In this document: positions 38,091 to 51,579 of the stretch, one piece after another
How the letters are laid out: each line of letters opens with the position of its first letter
How positions within the stretch are numbered: the stretch's first letter is position 1
Source: Octopus sinensis
Taxonomy: Eukaryota
Assembly (NCBI RefSeq): GCF_006345805.1
Contig: NC_042997.1
Location: 163,494,001 to 163,558,000, forward strand
Direction of reading: 5' to 3'
DNA length: 64,000 bases
Made by a program: the position numbers and the translations under genes
The notes under the pieces: generated by a model
What the model was told of the DNA's origin: nothing
Seen by the model: only the letters and a program-made list of their open reading frames with translations
Database searches by the model: none

Positions 38091-39369
38091 ATCATGCCAC
38101 TACCTCTAAATTTCCTTCCCTTTAGTCAGCAAATTTCATTATATATTCTTAGATGTCTGTAACAGAAAAAGGGGAAATATCTGGGAGGAGAGGAAAATAT
38201 CCAAGTGAAGGGACAACATTGAAGTATTTGAAGATAATTGCAAAAAGAAAGAGAAATGAAACACTGTAAAAAAAATTGGTTTGGGGAGAAATCATCTGAT
38301 CATAAAAATGAAATTATAAGAAACGAAAATGTCTATTGCTATTTTCTTATATTTTGTGGGGAGTGGGGATTAAGGATTTTGAAGTAGTTCTAGTTTTTGA
38401 TAATATCTTCTTTTTGTCGGAGATATGTGTGTGGGTATAACTGTATAAATTGTTATGAATATGCATGCTGGAATGGAAAAAGGACAACTACCACTTTAGA
38501 TGTTTCCTATGTCAATTTATAAATTGCCCCACCAATGTGGATTGAGTCAAAATTATGATTATTGTTGTTTAGCTCAAGGGTAGTCCTGAGGGAACAGTAA
38601 GATCTGTGATGGGGGGCATTCCAGCATTGCTAGCTTTAGATGAAGAGAGCCCTGGGTTTATTTCACATGTGAGGTGCTCTCTGAAAGGCCTATCATAAAG
38701 CCAAAATTAAAGTACACCTTGGCCAGAGGACCTTAGATTTTGAGGCCCTAGATTTCAGACTACCAAGCCTATAGATAAATCTGGTACTGTGTTCTAACCA
38801 TGACCACTTCATCTATTATTTCAGACAGTGTATTAAGAACAATGTGATTTAATAGGTCCTTCTCTTTTTAAGATAGTTCAGTGTGATCTAAGTACAATTC
38901 TAGTGTAATTTTCTAACAAATAAAGCAACCACATAGGTCTCATGTCATAGCAGTCCTTATTAGACAAACCTGTAATCAAAGGCATTCCAGCTGTAACCAC
39001 CTTGACATTTTAGGGATATGTCTAGAACTACATTACTCAATATGCCCTTCTCTTATTTAAGATTGTAACATCTGATTTGAGAGTGATTTGGCTATTATTT
39101 CTTGCAGGTTGAGCAATTAATGAGTCCCTATATTTGATGAACACATTTAAATCTAATTAATATTAGTATTGCTATTAATTTACTGATATAAACAAGAGGA
39201 GTACCTTATGGCACATTATAATTTGTGCAACCTGAGACTTAAATATGTGATGTTTATTTTTATATTTACTGTGAAATGTCTTGCTGATTATTTTCTTAGG
39301 TTTGTATTACATTAAAATTATAATAATTATTTGTAATGAAAGCTAATTAAAATAAAATTAACTTACCAC

Positions 39370-39408
<39 letters not shown>

Positions 39409-39621
39409 ATGGAGACAATAAAGGTTTCTAAATGTGGTTGTTGACCTGAAATCTCTCTAAAATTACACCCAAGTGCCCTAGAGATCATATTGGATAATGT
39501 TGCCTTGGTGCATTGAGCCAGGATAAAGCTTGGTTGGTCACTATTGGGATGTCTTTGATCATTCGTTTACTCAGTTAGGTCTGATTTGAGACTAAGCAAC
39601 AACAGCAAGAGTTAAATTTAA

Positions 39622-39839
39622 CCCTTTAAAGTTCAGATTATTCTATCAAACGTAATGTTTATTAATTTACATTGATTTGAATTAATCATGAATTAGCCCA
39701 TATCTTCAAGATTTTGATGATGCAATTATTTAATGTAGAATAACATTGTGGGTAGGTGTGAGAGCCTGGATCTGATCAGTTTCAACATAAGACAGATGGA
39801 ATATTTTGGCCGGATATGGCTGGTTTAAATACTAAAGGG
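39622..39839 (-). mobile_element. piggyBac-like MITE (family 2)
   Basis: TTAA|ccctttaa...ctaaaggg|TTAA (TSD at 39618-39621 and 39840-39843); reverse-complement match to 40427 and 49438. Confidence 0.82.
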
Positions 39840-39894
39840 TTAAAGCATTTTAAAATAAATCTACACTCAAGGATATATGACATAATTTCTAGGT

Positions 39895-40285
39895 GTAGGC
39901 ATGATTGTATGGTTAAGAAGCATGCTTTTCAGTTGAGTGTTTTCAGGTTCAGTCCCACTGTGCTGCACCTTGGGCCATCCAATGCCTTGCAAGTGAACTT
40001 AGTAGACAGAAACTGTGTAGAAGCCCATTGTATACATATGTTTGTGTGTGTATGTTTATGTGTGTGTGTACATGTGTCTTTGTGTCTGTTTTTGTTTCTC
40101 CCTTCACAACCACTTGACAACCAGTGTTAGTTTGTTTATGTCCCTGTGACATAGCAATTTGGCAAAATAGATTTTAAAAAAAACAAGGACTAGGGTTAAT
40201 CTTTAATCTATCCAACTAAAACCCTTCAAGGTTGTGCCCCAATATGGCTGCAGTTCAATGGCTTAAATAAGTAACAGATAAAAGA
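39895..40285 (+). mobile_element. SINE family A, older
   Basis: Degenerate head, middle and tail. Confidence 0.75.
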
Positions 40286-40426
40286 TAAATATTTCTATTG
40301 GTCCCTTTTCTCTCTTTTCATTTCTTATTGATGACACTAAAGTGAAATTTTCATGTTATGGCTATTACATTTCAGAAAGCAAAAAAAAAAAAAGATCTTT
40401 AAAGAGAATCCATTGACAAGTAATTT

Positions 40427-40615
40427 AATCCTTTAGCATTTAAACCAGCCATATCTTGCCCAAATATTCTACTTGTTTTATGTTCAAACTGGCCAGATCT
40501 GGCCTCTCACACCTACCCGGCAATGTCATTCTAAAACTAAACAATCACATCTTTGAAATTTCTAAGCTACAGGATAATACGTGATCAGTTCAAAACAATA
40601 TGAATAAATTAGTAT
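40427..40615 (+). mobile_element. MITE family 2, left part
   Basis: taatcctttagcatttaaaccagccatatc...; the right TIR is not adjacent. Confidence 0.72.
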
Positions 40616-40627
40616 TGCACATGGTTC

Positions 40628-40945
40628 TGCAGTTAGAGTGTTGGGTTCACAATCATGAGGTAGTGAGTTTGATTCCTAGACTGGGCTGTGCATTGTGTTC
40701 TTGAGCAAGACACTGTATTTCACATTGCTCCAGTTCACTCAGCTGTAGAAATGAGTTGTGACATCACTGGTGTCAAATTGTATCAATCTTTCCCATATCA
40801 GTGGCATATAGAGAGGTGGCTGGTATGCATGGGCGACTGCTGGTCTTCCATAAACAATCTTGCCTGGACTTATACCTTGGAGAGTAACTTCCTAGGTGCA
40901 ATCCCATGGTCATTCATGACTGAAGGAGGATCTTTACCTTTACAT
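40628..40945 (+). mobile_element. SINE family B variant
   Basis: tRNA-like head tagagtgttgggttcacaatcatgaggtagtgagtttgattcc. Confidence 0.78.
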
Positions 40946-40972
40946 ATATATATATATAAATATATATTTTTA

Positions 40973-41442
40973 CTAGCATTAAAGACCCGTCGTTGCCGGG
41001 TCATAGTGCTAGTGCATGTATATATGTGTATATATATGTGTACATATTACATGTACATCTATATATATATACATCTACACATAAAATACAAAATACAAAG
41101 TTATATCTTGATATCGCTAGTGATAACAATACTCAAAATATATAACAGACTGGAATTGTTAGCCCGTCTCTTGTAATTTCGATCAATTATATCTTGTCCT
41201 CCCTCTTGTATAGAAATGTGGCTACAATCCAGCCAACCTCTACTTCTGGGGTGGGGGTACATTTTAAATTTTTTTCTGGGACGTCCTACATCCCAGATAT
41301 AAAGGTAAAAATAAAATATTTCCACGTTGCAAGTTCAAGTCGAGTACTCCCTTGCACGCTCCGTTGACTCGAACCTTGCTTCTATTGTGGCGAATTCTAT
41401 TGTGGCGCCTCTGGTTAGATATAGTCCTTTATGTATAATAGT
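40973..41442 (-). mobile_element. Non-autonomous Helitron
   Basis: On the - strand, 5' CTATTATACATAAAG-like start and 3' hairpin ACCCG..CGGGT followed 8 nt later by CTAG|T, the canonical Helitron 3' signature. Confidence 0.65.
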
Positions 41443-43493
41443 CCATCTGGACTATTCCATTTCTGCATGCTAATTTTATTTTTAATTTATTCCCATTCGT
41501 GTGAAACCACTTATTCAAGTTCAAATCATTGATGCAATTTTATACCAATTGCTATTTTTACTTTTGTTATGTTACTTCAGTTTGATTTTAATTATTACTT
41601 ACAACATATATTTTAATTGTTATTATTATTTTTATTGTTAAAGTGAAAGTATCTGACATAAAATAGAGAAACGTTTTTGTTTCACTTTTAACATGTAATA
41701 CTGAAATAGTGGAGAAGATATGATATTGCTATGGGCTCGCTCTAGGCAAGAAGTTGAACATTTTTTTTGCCCATGAAACTACATGTGTAAAATTTGAATG
41801 TTGCTATTTTTACTTTTGTTATGTTACTTCAGTTTGATTTTAATTATTACTTACTACATATAATTCAATGACATTATTAACTTCAAGAGCTAAGATTGGT
41901 GAATTAGCTTGTGGCTGTAGAGTTGCAAGTATATCTTCTTATTGGCTATGTTAGTCTCAGGGTAACATGGTATATTCACTGCTCTACTAGATGGTAGAAG
42001 TATGGGACATTCATTTATCCATTGATTTGTGATTTAATCAAATAATGTGGGAAATATATTGTGCATTGACAGGGTGAATGTACATGTGAGTATATTTGAG
42101 GGAGAATTTAACTAAATTTGAATAAGACTTTTTACAAATATTTTTTTGTGTATAGTTTGCATCTGTGAAAAGTGATCCACTTAGTAGGTAGTAAGCTGGC
42201 ATTTTGTATTTGAGTGACTATTGCAGGTCTACCACTTTATATTTGACAGAGTAATCTGAATGCTAAATAGTTAAATTGCTACTGCCTGCTGTTGTTACTG
42301 TTTAGCTCCTGGTCAGTCCTGTTGTAGTAGACCTGTGGCCAAAGACTTTCCAGACATAATCTTGGCTTTTCATACATTCAACATTACATTAAACAACAGC
42401 CATTTCTTTTTAAGATGCTAGTGTGTAATCTGAGGGAGATTTGGTTGCTATTTCTAGCAGGTTCAGTGACAGTGCAAAGAAATTCTCCACTGTAGGCAAC
42501 ACTGAGTAAAATATATGAGTAATTTACTCCCAATGGCAATTAGTCAAGAGAAAGAACAAGGAACACTTAGCTATTTGAGGTTTCGCCATTAAATATAGCC
42601 TAATACCCAATGAACTTTTATTGAAATATTTTCACTTCATGTTGCTATTTTCTTTTGACAAATTTCATTTCTGGTTTTATATTCCACATATTTGTATTCG
42701 TTATTTGGGTAATTGATATTAATTTTATGCTCTAATTAATATTCTTGTTCTTAATAAATCTTTTGCTAGTTCAATTGAAGAACAATTAGCGAAGGAATTT
42801 ATTTATTTATTTTTTTATTTTTTATTGGTTTGGAATGGAGTAAAAGTAATGTGCTCATAGATTTTGCAGGCCCTCTGAGACGAGATCAATGCATTTGATG
42901 TTTCTCTCTAACAGTTGCAAGTTGACAGCTTCAAGAAAAATATATGCAGGGACAGAATTCTAAAGGAGTGATGTTTGGTGAAGAGAGGACTTATCACAAG
43001 GAGTGGTAGGGTGGTTGGGTATTCAAAATAGTTACACACACACGTGCATATATATATATCATGAGCAGTATATACATTCACATACACACACACACACACA
43101 CACACACGTGCGTGTGTATGTGTGTGAGTATGTAAAACATGCTAACATGGAAAAACAAATGGAAAACTGTGAAAGAATGAATATACACATAAGTTTTACA
43201 TGTACTTTTCTATGCTTGTATGGGTTGGATGAAATTTGTTGAGGCAGATTTTTCTTCAGCCATATGCCCTACTTGTCACGAGCCTCAGCTGTTTCCAAGC
43301 AAAGTAACATTTCCCCATGATCGGATATGTTTTTATGGAAGATTGGAAGCGAAGGACACATATTGTATGGCAGTGACACTCATTTACAGCCATCACACTG
43401 TGTCAGTGCAAGGCAACAGTAACATACACATGCATGCATTCATACATACATTCATACATATATACATACATATATACGCACACATGCACAAGC

Positions 43494-43645
43494 ATGACTG
43501 TGGTTAGAAGCTTGCTCCCCAACCACATGGTTCTGGGTTCGGTCCCACTGTGTGCCACCTTAGGCAAGTGTCTTCTACTATAGCCTCAGGCCAACCAAAG
43601 CTTTGTGAGTGGATTTGGTAGATGGAAACTGAAAAGAAGACTGTT
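43494..43645 (+). mobile_element. SINE family A 5' half
   Basis: Head sequence followed by (TA)n. Confidence 0.8.
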
Positions 43646-43661
43646 GTAATATATATATATA

Positions 43662-44055
43662 TCAGGTCATCCCATAAGTTCTGTCCAAATTTTGAATAAA
43701 GAAAACAAGTGATCAAATGTTATATTTAATTGAAATTTAATCATCAATGTACTTTCCCTGATTATCTACGACTTCCTTCCATCTATTTACAAGTTTTTTA
43801 ATCCCATCAATGTAAAACTCTTTTGGTTTCAAAGTGAAGAACTCTGAAATGTCAGTTTCGACCTCCTCCTGGCTTGTGAATGTTATGTTCCCCCAAATGA
43901 TTCTGTAAACTATGAAACAAATGAGCAAGGTTGGGAGAATAAGGTAGATGAGGAATTTTTTCCCAACCAAGCTCTTCGATCTTCTGTGATGTGATTTTGC
44001 AGTGTGGGGTTGCGCATTGTCCTGATGAAACAAATGGCAAACCCAGCTGGTCACT

Positions 44056-44057
<2 letters not shown>
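43662..44057 (-). mobile_element. Mariner transposon 3' fragment (transposase C-terminus plus one TIR)
   Basis: HQDNAQPH, LGWEKIPHLPYSPNLA, EFYIDGIKKLVNRWKEVVDNQGKYIDD*; TA|TCAGGTCATCCCATAAGTTCTGTCC terminus. Confidence 0.92.
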
Positions 44058-44101
<44 letters not shown>

Positions 44102-45194
44102 TGAGCTTTAGGACTGAACCCAGAACCTTATGGCTGGAAGCAAACTTATTACCACACACACCTTTCTTTCTCTGAATTTGTATTGATCAATGTCCATTGC
44201 TTTCTTAAAGCAAATCATTAATGGTAACTGTTGAATACATCTATTGCCTATGGATATATCTTGGGTCTGCTTGCTCTCTGCAGTAGACCTGATATGTTGA
44301 ACTACCAGGAATCATTATAAACATTAGTATGTTAGTTTACTTATCAGCACACTTGTATATATGGATGCACATATGCATAGCGCAGCATTAGGCAGAGAGC
44401 TTAATGTGAGATTTGAGATTTGTTTGAGTCTTTGAATTCCTATTATTTCTACAAATTCCTCTATACCACTTATTTGGAGTGCTTATAACAGATAACTCAC
44501 AACATGGAGATGATGCATATGGATTTCACACTAAAGGATATTTCCATCCTGCAATGTGATGAATGAACTAAGATCCTTTTATATGCAGGCTTATATGGAA
44601 GGCATACCATTTTGATAAAAGAACTCCAAACAAACCAAAGGAGAAGGGACAAAAGAGAAGCAACGAAAGGAAAGACGAATACATACATACATGCATACAT
44701 ACATACATACAAAATGTGCGTATATATGTGTGTATGTGTGTATATATGTGTATGCATATGTGTGTATATATTCTTATATTATTATATATATATGTTTATA
44801 TTTACATATAATTCCCCGTTCCAAATTCCTCATCATAGTCACTGCTTTTTCTATTGATACAAAAGATACTAAAGCTAGTAAAAACATTAATTTTAAGATT
44901 TAATCTTTTATTAAAAAAGGAAGAAGGCTTTCAAAATCATTAAAGGCAACTGATGTAAGATTATGGGATAAAGATTATAAATAGGAATCAAAACTGTGAT
45001 GTGGTTTCAAGTAACCAAATGCTTATCTCTCATTATAATTTCAGAATTTGTCAAATTAATTTGAAGAAAGTATTACATAACCATCCTGACTGAAATGAAA
45101 TATCTCTGTAGACATGTGATGTTATGAAAACAGTGACTAACATACATACTTGCTGACTATTTTTAATATATTTAGCTTTCAATATATATATATT

Positions 45195-45414
45195 TATGTA
45201 TGTATGTATGTATGTATGTATGTATGTATGTATGTATGTATGTATGTATGTATGTATGTATGTATGTATGTACATATATATATATATATATATTTATACT
45301 CACACACATACATGCATATATATATAAATATATAAATATATATATATATATATGTATTGATAAAAGGGTAAGATATATATATGTATGTGTATATATATAT
45401 ACATATATATGATA

Positions 45415-45460
<46 letters not shown>
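45195..45460 (+). repeat. (TATG)n and (TA)n microsatellites
   Basis: Directly visible. Confidence 0.95.
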
Positions 45461-45462
<2 letters not shown>

Positions 45463-45549
45463 AAAGCATTCTCCACTACTACCACCACCACCCTCCACCC
45501 CACACTACAACCCCCGTCACCTCTACAACCACCACTACCACCCGCTCTG

Positions 45550-45845
45550 TCACTGCTACTCTTCTCTCAAAGGTTTTGTGTAGTATTTTTCTAGATTAGT
45601 ATGGGAAAAGCTGCAAACTTCAACAGCACATCTTATTGAAATCTGGAATGAGAATTTGGTTGAACTTCCTCCTCAAGAATTACTTACTAAACTAATTACT
45701 TGGATCAGCACTTTTGTTTCTAAGTTTTCTTCTACTAAAGTATGTGTAGACTGTGTACTAACTGTCCCCCACCTTATCAAATTAGGCGTTCTTCAAGGAT
45801 CTATCAACACTTTGACATTTTTGCTTTCCATGTCAATGACTTGCT
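45550..45845 (+). pseudogene. Decayed CR1/L2/Jockey-group RT fragment
   Basis: LLSKV..., KLITWISTFVS..VCVD..GVLQGS..TFLL resembles WISSFL..VDG..GVPQGSVL.P.LF. Confidence 0.6.
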
Positions 45846-46371
45846 ACCTCCTCCTTCTCCCCCTCCTCCTCCCTTCATCCTCCTAGTCGTCGTCATCATC
45901 ATCATCATCTCTCACATTGAAATATCCATCTCAGTTAATTATGTCAGTCCCCATTCCTTTGTTTTTGTTTAATCATCAAAATCTTTTAATTACAATTTAA
46001 ACATCTCCTTACATTAATTAGAGATCAAGACTTAAATCACATTCTGTAGTGAAGTTTTGATAACCCTGGAACATTTAATAATACAAAAATTTAAACACTG
46101 TTCTTGTCCTGTACATGCAATCACTTTGCCAACATTCATTAACATTCTAATAAGTGAGCTTCAGTATTGGTGTTTGACCTGCTAGAAATAACAGTGAAAT
46201 GTCTTTCAAATTACACACCACCCCTTAAGAATAGGACATATTGGATCATATGGCCTAGGGTAACTGTTTCTGAAGATATATTTATATAAAGAAAAAGAGC
46301 AAGATTATTCATGATTTGAATAACTTACTAAGGCCAATTTGGGTCGGAACGGTGTTATCCCACTACTTCTT

Positions 46372-46770
46372 CATCACGATCATCATCATTGTCATTATCA
46401 TCACTTTATGTCTGTTTTCCATGTTGGTATGGGTTGGACAATTTGACAGGAGCTGGTGACCCAGAAGACTGTACTAGGCTTCATCTGTTTTGGCTTGGTT
46501 TTTACAGCTGGATACCCTTCCTAATGCCAACCACCTTATGAAGTAGACTGAGTGATTTTATGTGGCACCAGCACTGGCAAAATCTATTTTGACCTAGTTT
46601 TTATAGCTGGATACCCTTCATAACGGCAACCACTTTACAGAGTGGCTTGGGTGCTTTTTATACAGCATCAGCACCAGTGAAATCTGCTTAGGCACAGTTT
46701 TACACTGGATGCCCTTCAAAACACCAACCACTTTACTGTGTGGACTGGATGCTTTTCATGTGGTACCAGC
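46372..46770 (-). mobile_element. Old RTE-type 3' UTR with three internal tandem units
   Basis: (TCA)n, ttttccatgttggtatgggttgg, then repeated ttttacagctggatacccttc...aaccactttac. Confidence 0.68.
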
Positions 46771-46876
46771 TGCAGTCACTTAGTTACTCACAAGACAATG
46801 CAAATGCAAAGTATAAAATTGAAAATGTCATTATGACTACTGGAGGGAAACTAGTGTCAATATTCCTATAAACCAA

Positions 46877-47078
46877 GGCGGGGAAATGGCAGAATCTTTA
46901 GCACACCGGGGGAAATGCTTAGCTGCACTTTGTCCATCTTCTGGTTCTGAGTTCAAATTCCACCAAGGTCGACTTTGCCTTTCATCCTTTCAGGGTTGAT
47001 CCAGTTGAGTACTGGGATTGATATAATCGACTTACTCCCTCCCTGAAATTGCTGGCCTTGTGCCAAAATTTGAAATCA
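46877..47078 (+). mobile_element. SINE family C
   Basis: aaggcggg...gttctgagttcaaattcc...gtgccaaaatttgaaatc. Confidence 0.82.
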
Positions 47079-49437
47079 ATATTCCTATGAACCAAATGAT
47101 ATGAAAATGATTCTTCAAATGAAGATATTTTATTTTCTTGTATCTAGAGAAGATATTTGATTTGTTTAATTGATTTTCTGATACAGTTGTTGTTTAGCTA
47201 CAAATCAATACTGATCAAACAGACCTTTGATCAAAATCATCCAGCTATTACCAACTTTTCTTGAGGTATACAGTACCTCAAACTACATTATTTGTCCTTT
47301 TATATATTTTTTAACAGTAATACGCTGTAACTTAAGGGGGATATGGTTGCTATATCTAGCAGGTTGAATAAACATACAGAGGCTCACTCATTAACTCAAA
47401 ATTCCCTTACTGGTGTTGGTGTGAGTTCCCTGTTGGCTTGTCTTGTTTTAGTAAAAGTAAGACATAGATCAGTGAAGGAAAAAATTAGATATATGAGAAC
47501 TGTTTTCAGTAACCATTACAAATAACACTAGATAAAGAATTTTCTACATGATTTGGTAACTATGCTAAAACAGACAGAAGAGCTTGTAGTCCTTTTGCCT
47601 GATGGCTTCTGTCTAACCAGACAACCCATGCCAGCATGGAAAGTGGATAGTAAATGATGTTGATGATGGTAATTATGGTAATTTTAAGAAATTATAATAT
47701 AAAGATCAAATATTTAGAATTTAATGTAATTTGAAAAATGCTTGTGCTGAATTTTACTGAAGACCAAAGAAAGTAACTTAACCAGTACCATTCAGTAATA
47801 GAACTTGATTATAATTTATAATTTTTCTTATAAATAAACTTGATCCTTTTTTGATTTATGCTTGTTACTTTAGGAATGTGTTTAGTTAAAAGTTTATTTT
47901 CATATGGCAGAAAACCAGGCCAGAGCTGCATGCAAAAACTAATTTTATTAAGGAATATACTTTTTTAATTTTTTTAATTTCTCTTCATACATATAAGGTT
48001 TCTGGATTTCTTTCACATAATGGATTCTTTTGGAACACGCACGCATGCATACACACACACTCACACACATACATTCACACATGTATATATTACAAAGCTA
48101 GAATTGTTTAAATAAAGCAGGCTTCATTTTACAGACGCTTTTCTTTGTAAGAAGAAAATATTTTTATTTTCAAGTCTATTTGAAAAACAATTCAAAGAAG
48201 GGGAATATAAAATTCTATTGTTAACATGCCACTTAAGAAAAATAGAAATGTATTCATTTATTCCTGAATATACATATTATGCTTCTCTTAATTTTTTTTG
48301 AAATTTGATATAAGTATATTTTTAATGTTGAATGTAGCTTTCTTTTCTTTAGTTTGAATCTACTTAAAATCAAACTTTTTACTAAGCATAGTTTGCAAAT
48401 CTGATGTAATAAGGATTAGTCTTGTTACTATGCTGAGGTTATGGGAAGTCTCTTTTTGAATATAATTTGTGTTGTAGTTGGATTTTTCAGAAGTGTAATG
48501 TAATTGTGTTTCTTTTTTTGTTTTTCTTCTGCATTTGTTTGGCAAGATTCTTGATGTGAAATTGTGTGTTAGCCGCTGTAGTTTCAGATCAAAGTGAATT
48601 CATAAGATTAAAATGTATACAAGTAACCTTAAAAATGATTGGATATGAAGAGTAAGACCATCAACTAAGAAATCTTCCATACATGATGAGAATAAAGGAT
48701 ATCAAATTGCTAGAAAAGTATTTTGAAGTTGTGGCTAATGTTAGCTTGGATGGAGATAAGCCAACTAAAATTTCTAGTGAGAGAGTTTGAAGAAATGATC
48801 AATTGCAATAACAGAAATAGTAAACCATTAGATCCATTGAACCTGTTATGGCAAAAACATGTGTGAAAATTTTGTCAGTGAACAGGTCATGGTCTCAAAG
48901 CGATGAAAATATTTTGGCAAATTTAATTTAAATGTTGAAGTGAATCTATTGGTTTTTCTGTGTTCTTAAATGACTTATAAACACCTTCCAACCTTAATAT
49001 CCATATCTCAAAATTTTTATTATTAGTTTGTAATAATGTTACTTCATCTAAAGTACAAAAATAGACAATTGTAAAGGTTAACAGATATGCTTTAGAATGT
49101 AAAAATTTAAAGCAGGTGTTGTGTTAAATTTTGGTGGGAATTTATTAACTGTACATTTTTACATTTTAAATTTAGATTGACACAAACTAAGGGGAATCAA
49201 ATCATTTACACTAAATCATTTACGCTAAATCATTACAAGCCAATAAGAGAGCCTCTAGGTGAAAGAATCTCAAGGTGAGAGAACCTCTAAGTGAGAAAGC
49301 CTCTAGAAGCTCACTCAACCTAATAAAAGTAACAACCAGATCTCCTACAAATCATACTGTACAGTGTCTTGCTGATCAAATAACAAAATTTGTGTAATAT
49401 CTGAAAAAGGTTATAAGAATGTGTTTTTTTGCTTTAG

Positions 49438-49753
49438 CCCTTAAGTGTTTAAACTGGCCATATCTGGCTCAAATATTCCAGCTATTTTATGTTCAAACTG
49501 GCACGATTCAGTCTTTTACACCTACTCTACAATGTCATTCTAAAAATAAACAATCACATCATTAAAATCACAAAGCTACAAGATAATGCATAATTATTTT
49601 GAAGGACCACACTCATGGAGTGGTTGGCGTTAGGAAGGGTATCGAGTTGTAGAAACACTGTCAAATCAGACTGGAGCCTGGTGCAGCCTCCTGGCTTCCC
49701 AGACCCCGGTCGAACCGTCCAACCCATGCTAGCATGGAAAATGGACGTTAAAC

Positions 49754-49787
<34 letters not shown>

Positions 49788-49836
49788 GTGAATAAATAAA
49801 CATTACATTTGACAAAATAATCTGAATGCTAAAGGG
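49438..49836 (+). mobile_element. MITE family 2 interrupted by an RTE 3' end
   Basis: Left ccctt..., right ...gctaaaggg|TTAA; the interior matches 39622-39839 and 40427. Confidence 0.75.
49600..49786 (+). mobile_element. Short RTE 3' end with (GAT)n tail
   Basis: Nearly identical to 23190-23350 and 63300-63468. Confidence 0.88.
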
Positions 49837-49865
49837 TTAACCAGAATCCATAGTAACACATTTTA

Positions 49866-50049
49866 CTGTTGTGTCTGGGGAGAGTCATTTTCTTTTTGTG
49901 CCTTACAGTGTAACACACTCACTGGGAAAATTTCCACTTATTTCTTATTTTCTTAGGAAAATAAAAATAAGAAATAAGTGGAAATTTTACTGGTGAGTGT
50001 GTTGCAATATAAGGCACAAAAAGAAAATGACTCTCCCCAGACACAACAG
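49866..50049. repeat. 184-bp fold-back palindrome
   Basis: ctgttgtgtctggggagagtcattttctttttgtgcctta... pairs with ...taaggcacaaaaagaaaatgactctccccagacacaacag; small central loop. Confidence 0.92.
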
Positions 50050-50683
50050 AATATGCTTCAACACACAAACTCATATAAAGAATCTTGCAAACCAAATCCA
50101 AAACCGAAACATTTTACTGTGTTTAACTCTTTGTATTTAGCTGCTGTCTTTAAATATTAGTGATATTTCATACTTATCTAATTAAGTGTAGCCAGCAGTA
50201 TATGTTATTCAGTAAGCTAAAATATAATAATAATAATAATAATAATGTTTGTGTTATGATATAGACTAATTTAATTTTATACCAAAGTAAAGATAATGCT
50301 GCTCTTTTTATGATAAAATCTATATTCAACATAATATTAAAAAAATTCTATTTCATGAAGTCATTTAATTCTTAATGAGAAACTCCTATGACACATTATG
50401 TTTGCATTTTAGTTGAAAACTAATTTTTAATTAATTTGGCTTGCTTTTTCTTTCCACAAATTAAAAGCTCAAATTCCTTTGAGAATATTCTTAGCAATGA
50501 TGATTCTTTTATAAGTGTGATTATAAAAGCTTGTAATGAACAAGCTGTTGCACAAATAACATTATCATTTTATCTCACTTTTTCATTGCTTGGACAAGTT
50601 TTCTGAAGCAGTATTTCATGACCAGATGCCTTTCATGTAGTCAAACGGTTTAGTTGCATCTTACAATATACAGGGTCATAATA

Positions 50684-51018
50684 TCTCTATATATATAAAC
50701 GGCAAAATGTCTGTCTGTGTGTGTGTCCTTTATACAAATCCACAATTTTTCAGTTAGAGGGCTCGCACTTTCTATGGTCATTCAAAACCGTCCAAGGATG
50801 GTCGTGCACATCTTTACATTTCCCAGTCATCCCGCAAAGCCATTAAAAATCAATAGAAGTGACTTTTTTGTGAATTTTCTATCCAAAACCCAATCAAAAT
50901 GCCCGAAACTTGATATTCCAGTTGAATGCCAGCTAGCTGTATGTGATTGGTCAGAGATTTGGACAGTACTCGCGTGTATGTGCGCATGCACGCAGCTGTA
51001 TATGCATGCACTAGCATC
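50684..51018 (+). mobile_element. Non-autonomous Helitron-like element (5' end clear, 3' end uncertain)
   Basis: A|TCTCTATATATATAAACGGCAAAATGTCTGTCTGTGTG start; ends near gcatgcactagca, a motif also in the 40973 element. Confidence 0.55.
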
Positions 51019-51579
51019 TTCAATTTCTCAAAATACGTTAACATATTTTATTTCAAAATGGATACACACAATAAACAACATTTTTCTAACATATGTAATA
51101 TCAATCTATATTGAACATTTTCAAAATAATAATGTTTATATTAGTCATTAAGAGGGTAATTTTTGTGTATTAATAATTTGCAAACTTTGTTAGCTATAAA
51201 TATGATTTTTATCTGTGCTTATTTAAATGATTTACTATTTGTGTTCTCTGCAATAATACTCGATTAAGCCTAATCCTATTTCATGAAAAAATATGTAATC
51301 TCCATCAAACAATCACATATTCATCATCATTAAATCAGTAGAATATAACATGTCTGCTCCAGAACCATTTCATCAGGAAAATAACCAATATGTTTGTTAC
51401 ATTTTCTTTTTGGGTAAATTGCTGTATTATCTACTTCGTTCTATCAGTATCCTCTCACAAGATCTAGCTGAGTTGTTTCAGAGGTAAACAAACGAAATGT
51501 TACTCTTAAAATGGATAGCTACAATTCAGTTAACATGAAAAAATTAAGATCAAAAGATTATAGGTACAAACGTAAATAG

